From Tetramitus jugosus (Eukaryota > Protista > Heterolobosea): DNA of 64,000 nt. The notes beneath the pieces were generated by a model, which searched no databases, was not told the DNA's origin, and saw only the letters and a program-made list of their open reading frames with translations. This document shows, in pieces, positions 1 through 9,036 of the stretch (position 1 is the stretch's first letter; every line of letters begins with the position of its first letter). Made by a program: the position numbers and the translations under genes. Location of the stretch: positions 1-64,000 of the forward strand of contig OW569362.1 of NCBI GenBank assembly GCA_937625935.1, read 5' to 3'.

Positions 1-823
1 CCAAACCCAAACCCAAACCCAAACCCAAACCCAAACACCCAAACCCAAACCAAACCCAAACCCAAACCCAAACCCCTAACCCAAACCCAAACCCAAACCC
101 AAACCCAAACCCAAACCCAAACCCAAACCCAACCCCCAACCCAAACCCAAACCCAAACCCAAACCCAAACCCAAACCCAAACCCAAACCCAAACCCAAAC
201 CCAAACCCAAACCCAAACCCAAACCCAAACCCAAACCCAAACCCAAACCCAAACCCAAACCCAAACCCAAACCCAAACCCAAACCCAAACCCAAACCCAA
301 ACCCAAACCCAAACCCAAACCCAAACCCAAACCCAAACCCAAACCCAAACCCAAACCCAAACCCAAACCCAAACCCAAACCCAAACCCAAACCCAAACCC
401 AAACCCAAACCCAAACCCAAACCCAAACCCAAACCCAAACCCAAACCCAAACCCAAACCCAAACCCAAACCCAAACCCAAACCCAAACCCAAACCCAAAC
501 CCAAACCCAAACCCAAACCCAAACCCAAACCCAAACCCAAACCCAAACCCAAACCCAAACCCAAACCCAAACCCAAACCCAAACCCAAACCCAAACCCAA
601 ACCCAAACCCAAACCCAAACCCAAACCCAAACCCAAACCCAAACCCAAACCCAAACCCAAACCCAAACCCAAACCCAAACCCAAACCCAAACCCAAACCC
701 AAACCCAAACCCAAACCCAAACCCAAACCCAAACCCAAACCCAAACCCAAACCCAAACCCAAACCCAAACCCAAACCCAAACCCAAACCCAAACCCAAAC
801 CCAAACCCAAACCCAAACCCAAA
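1..823. repeat. Telomere, (CCCAAA)n on + strand = (TTTGGG)n G-strand; left chromosome end
   Basis: About 137 tandem CCCAAA hexamers run from base 1 to 823. The C-rich strand is at the 5' end, as expected for a left telomere. Variant units occur only in the first ~140 bp. Confidence 0.97.
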
Positions 824-1814
824 TCAAATTCCTTCTCAAAAATCAAAATTTTCATCCAAATTCAAAATAGAAACAATCTATCATCTAAAATATGATCAAA
901 CAAGATTAATGGAAGTTAAAATTACTCAGTTCATTTCTATTTCCATCGCTTGACATTCACTCATGAGTATTTGTCGAAAATCGAAAACTTCTCATTAAAT
1001 GCTCAACATCTGGAAGGATTAGAGGCAATCAAGCGAGTCAATACACGTTTAATGAGTAATCATTGCTCTTTCTTTTCAGTTATGACGGGTTGGGTCTGGG
1101 TATTCAACTCTGCACTCAAGAACAACACAAAGTTTGAATTCTCATTCTGTCAGGGTTAATCGCTCTCAGAAGAACAATTTTTCCAAAAGACTCTCAGTCT
1201 ATTACATTCATAAATATGAATTGTCATTCAGAAAAGCTAGTAATCTGTATTTCTGACCTGTTGGATCTGGGATTTCAACTTTAAACTAGATGCAGATTTG
1301 AAACTTCACTATTTCACTGTCTTACAGGATTTTACGTAGAAAAGTCTCATTACTAGATAAAACATCTGATTCTACAGTGATTATTTAATAAAATCTGTCT
1401 ATTCTATCCAGAAAAACACTAAATCAAGTCTGTCAAAAATTCTGAAAAATCAGGTACTCAGAAACTGAGGCAAAAATTATAGCTGGAAGAAAATCATGTT
1501 AAAAATGATCAAATACTGTCTCAATATCCTGATCCAAACTAAAGAAATCAAGTCTCACTCTAATGTCTTAACTCCAGTACAGGATCAAAATCGACAGAAA
1601 TCTATTGCAGTTTTAACACTGTTGCAGATGAAAATCTGTTAAATACAGCACAGATATATCGGCTCTACGAGCCGATAAAGCTCAAATCGAGTTGAAAACC
1701 TCGCCAATCTCTTCACCTCAACCAGCTGAAGCTCCTTGAGCAATAAAAAATCTCAAAAAAAAAATTGCCATATAAGGAAATCGTTTCCTTAGGTTGGGGA
1801 ATCCAGGATGTATC

Positions 1815-1834
1815 CCCAAACCCAAACCCAACCC
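1815..1834 (+). repeat. Internal telomere-repeat seed, left of the YR gene
   Basis: CCCAAACCCAAACCCAACCC in the same orientation as the telomere. Its 14-mer CCAAACCCAAACCC (1816-1829) recurs at 4579-4592. Confidence 0.9.
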
Positions 1835-2340
1835 TGTCCTCTCCCCTTCTTTATAGTCCCGATTCTTCATCGGAATAAATTGGTTCAACGAATGAAAGGT
1901 TCACGGTCCAGGACCGTGGAACGGAAAAATGAGAACCAACGCCTGTGGGACTAAGAAAAATAAAAATCTCAAAATAAACAGAGAGTTCAACCAAAGTATC
2001 AGAAGATCTAACGGAGTTCAGCTGATTTGAAGATGCTTCACGCTCGTCGATGATGAACGGGTAAATAAGGAACGGTTGGAATTAGAGAGGTTGAAGATGA
2101 AGAGTGACAGAGATTGAGCCGTTGTAGTTGGACCTCCTTGATGGATGACTGACACATGAGTTGTCAAATGATTCAACCAATCAACACGTCAAAACAACCG
2201 TTAAAGAAAATCAATGAGTTGACCGCAAAGCAAGTTGACCACCAGTGGACCAAGATAAAAGAATAGAAAATAGGCCTAGAAAACAACCCAAAAAAACACA
2301 ATCACACCATAATATAATAACTCTACTCTTACTTGTTACT

Positions 2341-4476
2341 ATGTCTGCTACTACTGCTGTTACTGTTTCTGCTGCTGCTAAATCTCACTCTGAGGCTACC
2401 TTTGAGGTTACCTGCACTAATTTGTTAAAAGCTCTTCAAAGAATGGATGATCATGATGATTATGATCCTGCAGAATTGGACGATGTCAATGAAGCTGTAG
2501 ACTTGGAGTCAACTGTTGACAGAACCATTGCTGATTCTGATATGACAATGTTGAACGACTCTGTCAACAATTCAAGATCAATCAGAGAGTTGGAATTCAC
2601 TGACATCAATGATTCCTTCAGAGGTGGAGCCGATGAAGACTTGTTTCCTCAGGTTGCTTTTGGTTCTATTGGTGAAATGTCAAGATTGGACGAGGCTGCT
2701 GTTTCTGTTACAGCAAGCATCTCTAACACTCAGTATGCTCCGGCTACTGTTCAATTGTTCATCTTTGCGGAAAGAAGATACTTTTCATTCCTGAAGGAGA
2801 TGGACTCCAAATTCAAAGATTTCTACAAGTATCAAGCAACTCCATATCCAATGAAGAAGCTTACTTTAATGATGTATCTCTACTGGCTTAAAGTCGACAA
2901 AAATTACAAGTTCTCCACCATTCAGAGTACTTTCTGCTATAGTTTCTTGGCTTTCCTTTTCAAAACAAAGAGGGACAGAAATTTGAGAGAGGAATTCCCT
3001 CTTGATATCAAGAATGCTCTGAGAGCATTGCTTAGAAAGTTTGGCAATGATAAGTTCAAGGTTGAACCTCTGATGAATCCTGATTTGGTGAAATTAAGAC
3101 TCTTGTGTGACCAATCAACTGATGCCGGTGCAAGATTGGATGCTCTCTTGGCTCAAGGCAGAGCAAGAGGTCTCAGAGCTGATTCATTTGAACATGTTCA
3201 ATTGAACCATTTAACTTGGACAAAAACTGTTGTTGACAACAAGATTCGTCTCTGTGTTGATATGCATATAAAGAAAGATAAGATCCTCTTGCCGTTCATG
3301 TGGAAACAGAACCTACTTGGTTGGACCAATCTCAAAATGTGTCCTAATATCGCATTGTTGATTTATTTGGCTGATGTTAGACAAGTGTTTAAAGCTGGTA
3401 GTGCTGCTCAATGTCTGATCGAGGGTAAATTTCAGTTGAGAAAGAGAGCAAGAGATTTGCCATTGTTCACTCCACTTGGGAAGTCCACAACATGGTTGAA
3501 CAAGGATATGAGTAATTCGCTCAAGGCTCTCTCTGCGACTATTGGGAAGAGATACTCCACAAGATCCCTAAGATCTGGTCTAGTTGTTACTTGTTTATTG
3601 TCCAGTAGAGTCGAAAACAACGGAGTCTTTGATGATAGAGTTGCTGATACTCTTGCTCATTTTGTTCATTGGAAGAACAAAGAAAGTCTCAAGCCCTATG
3701 ATAGGTGGATTACTCAGTACTTCTCTTCAATCAATTCTCTTCAGGAACCTTCAGAGAGAGTTGAATCTTTTAGAACACTCTCTCAATTGGCTAAAGATAT
3801 GGGATTTTTGGAGGAAGATGCTCCAATTGCGACAGTTCCTGAAAATTCTCATGTAACTGATCCAACTATTCTCAGATCTCATATGTTCCATGAAGTGACA
3901 AATGGAAAGAGAAAGAAGTGGACTGCCAATGTTAAGAAGTTGAGAGCACCAAAGTATTTCAGACTCTATCAGAGAAGAAATGACTCCCTATTGGATGAAT
4001 CTATGAAGGAAGATAAGAGTGGAAAGGATAGAGCATGGGCATTGTATTGGGGAAGAGTCTGTATTCAGGAAGCAAATACAGACAAAAAATGTCAACAAGC
4101 ATTGAAAGCAGACAAGCAATATCAAAAAGAGAAGAGAAGTGATAGAAGATATCAAATCAAAAAGATCTATGGTGGAAATTCTCTCATCATAAAATGGATG
4201 AAAGATCCCGAAGTTCAAAAGTTCATTGACCAAGAAGAAAAACTCATGTTCATGAAAAAGAATGAAAAGAGTAAAACCGATGTTCTTACTCCTGGTACAT
4301 TCAAGAGAAAACTCAGTGCTTTGAAGAACAGAGAAAAAGAAGAATATGAAGCAATAAGAACGAAGTATGAGAAACTTAAAGACGATTTGGAACAAGAATA
4401 CAAGCTTTACAACCAAGAAGAAGAGATTGTCGAAGAACTGGAGATGGAAATGATCTACATTTCTGATTGTGAATAA
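2341..4476 (+). CDS. Tyrosine recombinase (integrase family; Crypton/DIRS-YR-like). First ATG at 2341; frame open from 2245
   Basis: Catalytic motifs appear in order: GLR(311)ADS, HIKKDK(343-346), CPNIAL, YSTR(440)SLR(443)SG, H475-W476, and Y485 in ESLKPY (numbered from 2245). A helical core-binding-like region precedes them (YAPAT...YFSF...YLYWL...STIQS). The C-terminus is basic and coiled-coil. Confidence 0.88.
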   Translation: MSATTAVTVSAAAKSHSEATFEVTCTNLLKALQRMDDHDDYDPAELDDVNEAVDLESTVDRTIADSDMTMLNDSVNNSRSIRELEFTDINDSFRGGADEDLFPQVAFGSIGEMSRLDEAAVSVTASISNTQYAPATVQLFIFAERRYFSFLKEMDSKFKDFYKYQATPYPMKKLTLMMYLYWLKVDKNYKFSTIQSTFCYSFLAFLFKTKRDRNLREEFPLDIKNALRALLRKFGNDKFKVEPLMNPDLVKLRLLCDQSTDAGARLDALLAQGRARGLRADSFEHVQLNHLTWTKTVVDNKIRLCVDMHIKKDKILLPFMWKQNLLGWTNLKMCPNIALLIYLADVRQVFKAGSAAQCLIEGKFQLRKRARDLPLFTPLGKSTTWLNKDMSNSLKALSATIGKRYSTRSLRSGLVVTCLLSSRVENNGVFDDRVADTLAHFVHWKNKESLKPYDRWITQYFSSINSLQEPSERVESFRTLSQLAKDMGFLEEDAPIATVPENSHVTDPTILRSHMFHEVTNGKRKKWTANVKKLRAPKYFRLYQRRNDSLLDESMKEDKSGKDRAWALYWGRVCIQEANTDKKCQQALKADKQYQKEKRSDRRYQIKKIYGGNSLIIKWMKDPEVQKFIDQEEKLMFMKKNEKSKTDVLTPGTFKRKLSALKNREKEEYEAIRTKYEKLKDDLEQEYKLYNQEEEIVEELEMEMIYISDCE

Positions 4477-4578
4477 AAATCATCATTTTTTCTTCATCCG
4501 TTCAGCACTGCCAGCTGGCGCTGTCAGTGCAATGATAGCTTCCTGACCTAATCTCTCCGGTGGAGTGCTTGTGTAACA

Positions 4579-4592
4579 CCAAACCCAAACCC
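4579..4592 (+). repeat. Internal telomere-repeat seed, right of the YR gene
   Basis: CCAAACCCAAACCC about 100 bp after the YR stop codon, preceded by a hairpin at 4505-4530. Confidence 0.88.
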
Positions 4593-4762
4593 CGTTTATT
4601 GGATCATCACATGTCTATCGATGCCAGAAGCCGTCAAGCGATAAGATATACTACGTCGATATCCATTCGTTATTCTGTAACTGTCTAGATTATCTAGGAA
4701 ACTTTGGTCGTGTATGTAAGCATATTAATGCCTCCCTTGTTCATTTTGCAGTAGAAAAAGGA

Positions 4763-6951
4763 ATGTATGGTATTGAAAGGAATGGCTACGAGTTTCTTCA
4801 AATCATGAAAAAAGTAGTTAATTCAGGATCCGATTCCCGAAGCCAGTCAGAGAATAGGGTTTATGTCACATCAGATAGATTAGGTGCTCCGAGGTCCTCT
4901 ATTAATAAGGCAAGAAAGTTTAAACCTAGAAAGAAAACTGGGAGAAAGAGATCGAATTGTCTGCAAGTGAATGACAATATTGGTGTATCCGTTGAAAATG
5001 TTGTCGGTATGAAGCGAGATCAAGATGGAGCACTGTTGTATCTGGTTATTTTGAATAGTCAAGAAGTATGGGAGCTGGCTCAAAATATCAACGAGCTTGA
5101 TCTTATTGAAGAAGTGCTACAAGATGTTTATGATGTTTATATGAGCCTGAATGTTTGTTGTTCTCAGACTATCTGCATCATTGAAGAGGTTTTGTTCGAT
5201 GTTGACTCATATTGTATGAGAATCACTGGAAGAGAGGAATACATGGACATAGATGATCCTTACAAAGTATCCTTGTATAAGTTTTTTCTCATTTTATGGA
5301 TCTGGAATTCGTCATTGAATAAAGGGTTTACTTGTCGGGTTTTTTCGACTTCGGGGATTTCACCCAGTTTGTGGCGGGTTATCCTTTGTCGGGGCTTTTC
5401 TGCGGAACGTCGGGTTTTGTTAATTTTCAGTCTGGAATTAATGCATAATGTTTATCATCCAGCAGCAAGTGGAGAATCGCTGGATATTGTTGTCCAGAAG
5501 TGTGACAGGGCTTTGAAGACGGTGGAAGAAATGAGAGAGCTCACTGTTAACTTTAGTAAGGGTCTGATTGGTGTCACAAAGGCTACATACAACTCTTTGC
5601 TGCTCAATCTTGCTGGATATACACTAATTCTGACAAAGATGAGTGTATATTGTTCTTGCATCCATCTAGGAAGCGCAGTAAGATGTATAACAAGCAGCGT
5701 CATTATATAGATTTTGTCCCAGTGGAACATAGGAATTCTACTCTTGATGAGCAAATTTCAAAGTTGCTGAAAGCATTCACAAGTAGTATGTAATAGAGAG
5801 CTGTAGAACTTGCTGAAATATTTCATATGCCCAAAGTGAAAGTGCTCAGAGACAGTTATTATGGAGCACGTCTCAATGATCTAGGTAAATTGATTCAAAT
5901 GAGAAATACACCTGCTCCACTGAACAAATCTACTACTAGGCCATTGTCACAATATGAAAAGAGCAGTACCTCTCAGATTGCAGTACTCACACAGAACATA
6001 ACAGATGTTCAGTCAAATAGAAAACAGTTATTCAACAGACCAGTTCCAGAATTTGAACATACTGATATTGCTATGGTATTTACACCCATACTCCAGTACA
6101 TAATATCACCATAGAGCAACTGAAGTCTGCACCGTCACCACTATCTGTATTCAGAGAGTATATGGTTTAATTGAAGTCATTGAATTCAGATAAGGTCGTA
6201 CTCGTAGCACACTTTGGAACTGGTGCAGATTTCCCTAAACTGTTCAGGACACTACACAGTCTGGGCATCAAACTGGATCTAGATCTGGAACTAGCTGACA
6301 CTAGATACACTCTAAAGAAATATCTGAAAGGAGGCAGCAATACACTCAAGCTCACAGAATTGTATCTTAATCGAGTGTCCAAGGAAGGTTACAATGCTCA
6401 TAACTCTTTGAGTGACAGTATTGCGCTGAGACAAGTTTTACGTTCTATTGTCACGGATATTGATCATGAGAATCAGAGAGCAATATACGAACGGTTCCTG
6501 GAAGATGTAACTGCTAAATCTAAAGAAAAATACCACCGATTAATATGTGAAGTTCCTAATCCAGGAACCGTTCGTATATTGCTCTCTTGATCCTACTGCA
6601 GTTGCTCCAGACGGATACATGTGTGTGAAGAAGAAACGTAGACGGGCTTCTAAGAGAATAAAAATATCAGATGATCAAGTAGATGAAGTATTGTATGAGG
6701 AAGATTATCGTGGATTTGATGCATCACAAGCTATTCACACTCGTACCAGATCTGCCACAAAGAAACGAGCATGGAATGAACTGCAAGAAGACTGGAAAGA
6801 GAATGCAGAAGATGGTCACCATGATTACTGCTACAAATGCAATATTGGTGGTGATATTTTGATGTGTGTTGGTTGCAATCAGTCTATTCATTCAGATGAA
6901 GTGCCATCTGATGACTGGTATGCACTCAATTGGACAATTTCACGAGTATAG
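4763..6951 (+). pseudogene. Fragmented (or spliced and decayed) gene with chromo-like, DEDDh 3'-5' exonuclease and PHD-finger segments
   Basis: VENVVGMKRDQDGALLYLVIL..VWELAQNI is chromodomain-like (~4990-5110). VLVAHFG..DFPKL...DT...LKLTELY...AHNSLSDSIAL matches DEDDh ExoII/ExoIII (6171-6590). HDYCYKCNIGGDILMCVGCNQSIH..VPSDDWY is a truncated PHD (~6820-6920). The pieces are split across frames by stops and frameshifts. Confidence 0.65.
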
Positions 6952-7281
6952 ATTCTGACACTGAATTTGAAGAGCAAGATGCTTATGATCATGAGAGTGA
7001 TGTATGTTTCTTTATTTGAAAATGAATTGTTTGAAGTAAATTTTGGCAGAAACAATATCTTTTCCATACAACCATCGCAAGCACAAGATTGCTCATTTAT
7101 TGCACTTGTTTTGTGAGCAACGACCCGTAGGGCATCTTTCACTCTTGTTGTCCCCTCGTAATGTACAAATTCCCCATTCAGCTAATTCTGTCGTAGCTTG
7201 TTTGGTTAGGGTGTGTGTTACTATGCATACATGCTCTAGTTCGAATCTCATCCATGGCAAATCAGGCCAATGGAGATGGCA

Positions 7282-7985
7282 TCACCTTAAAATTTTTCGT
7301 TGTGTCCCCCTGGGAGAGAGACTTCCATTCTCGATAAACTCAGTGAAGCTAGTTGTTGAATGAAATACACAGCGCTTGGTGTATAGATACCAGAGTAATG
7401 CTAACACAGGACAAGAGGAAAGAGTCCCTGTTCCGTAGATAGTTTGCTCTCTTGGTTCCGAGAGAAGCACTTTGTCTTTTACAATCTTCGTAATACAGGC
7501 AAGCTTGGAGTTGACACGGAAAAATTTCAGATGACGCAAAGTAACTGCAGCATAGGTGTCTTTGACCACTGGCACGACCAAACAACAAGATTATTAATCT
7601 GGATTCAGCCTCTGAATAAAAGTTCAACTTTGAACACCAAATTCGAAGATCTTGATTCAGTAGGGGTGCAACCTTCTTTGCCATATTTACGAAGAATGGC
7701 ACGCAATATATTTTGTATGTCACTGCCGAATTCCTTCTTAGGGTCGCCTCGGTTGGTGTCCCTGAGGTGGTTACTCAAACTGTTCGCAAAGGTATCGCGG
7801 ACAGTTTTATTACTATACCTCACCTCAACCCTCATCTTGAACAAGAAAAGCAAGAAGGTTGCTTTCTTGATTGGAAAAGGAACACTGAAATACAGAATCC
7901 TGCTTCATGTCTTCCCAAAACATTAGATAGTTGCGCTCCGCATACTCACGTACCTTAGATGTGTTTGGTGCTAGTCCAAAGCTTC
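7282..7985 (-). pseudogene. Frameshifted paralogue of the tyrosine recombinase (YR copy 2); C-terminal catalytic half not found
   Basis: Successive minus-strand frames align to the intact YR: LAPNTSKVREYAERNYLMF~YAPATVQLFIFAERRYFSF; VPFPIKKATFLLFL~TPYPMKKLTLMMYL; KEFGSDIQNILRAILRKYG~EEFPLDIKNALRALLRKFG; KVAPLLNQDL~KVEPLMNPDL; GRASGQR~GRARGLR; KIVKDKVLL~HIKKDKILL; CPVLALLWYL~CPNIALLIYL. Confidence 0.88.
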
Positions 7986-9036
7986 AAGTTGGTTTTCAAA
8001 TGTAGTGGAGTTGGAATGTGGCCTCAAGTTGGTTTTGAGCCAAATCTAGCATAGGAACAATCCTGGTTATCCTGTTAACTCGCTTGTAATGTGGACCCCC
8101 ATCGGTGACACAAGCGGCGCCACGTCCTCTTTGGATTCTCGAGGTGATGGTGGTGACACTTAGTTAGCTTTGATGTTAATTACAACAGTCGTGCTCTCAG
8201 TTGATTGATGTATGATTCAATCAAGCCTATGGTCAATAGTGTGGCGCTCAGTCGGTGGATGAGTAGGACTTCTTTACGTTGTTGTACTGGCGATAGAGCG
8301 TGGTGCATACAACCACGATGAGGAGTACTTGGTTATGTTGCTGGTGGCAGGGATGTTGTTGTGGTCTCAGTCAATTGAGGGGAAATGCTTTGACGGTGGG
8401 TGCAGTCAATGAAGGTGACGCTCAGTCGTGTGTGCTTTGTTTGTCTCAGTTGTGGTGGTTAGAATGGTGCTGTACTTGATGGCTTTTTGTTGGTGAGAAA
8501 TGAAGCAATGAATAGCAACACAAACACCACCATGTTGTTGCCAGTCTATTGGCACACTGATAAACGTGTTATTGGGGGCCGATCGGCTGTCGACAGGCAA
8601 CTGTTTTGATGCTGCCAATCAGATTATGATGTGATATTTCGCAGACAGAGAGCTGTCATACTTGAATTTGGATCCTTTTGCTTCTGAGGAAGCATGTTGG
8701 AAGAAGTTCCCTTTATTTTGCTTCTTGTCGATCAATGAAGCTGTTCCATTCACCTCACAACAGTTGTAAACATACACTACGAGAATGTTCAGAGCTTGTC
8801 ACTTGTTTTTTTCCGTTTTGAATGTCGGTGACCTAAATTTCGACTGAATTGCTTGTCGAATTGTCGCTGTACTCCCAACAACCAACAACGACACCATCCT
8901 CCTCCAACACCCACCACCAACCATGCCAACAATTTAAAAAGTGTCATTCCATTTTTTTTGCGATCATAGGGCAATCGGAAAGAAGAGCACCACAAAATCT
9001 CCACAAAAGAAAAAATCAGCAAAGACGACGAAAGAA

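Larger units (their letters stand above)
1816..4592 (+). mobile_element. Putative Crypton-like tyrosine-recombinase element bounded by 14-bp telomeric direct repeats
   Basis: A single YR ORF with no RT or gag. Identical CCAAACCCAAACCC direct repeats on both sides with hairpins next to each. Decayed paralogues lie nearby. Boundaries and mobility are inferred. Confidence 0.6.

Noticed and set aside
76-855. 259-aa poly-(Gly-Leu) ORF
   Set aside because: It is simply the translation of the TTTGGG telomere repeat; there is no evidence of a gene.
1885-1930. Hammerhead-ribozyme-like layout (…GAATGA-stem-GAAA)
   Set aside because: The core reads CGAATGA rather than CTGANGA, and I could not build stems I and III with a cleavage triplet.
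1-4476. Hairpin-telomere (protelomerase) linear replicon or phage
   Set aside because: The end is a simple-repeat telomere and the linked genes are eukaryotic with spliceosomal introns.
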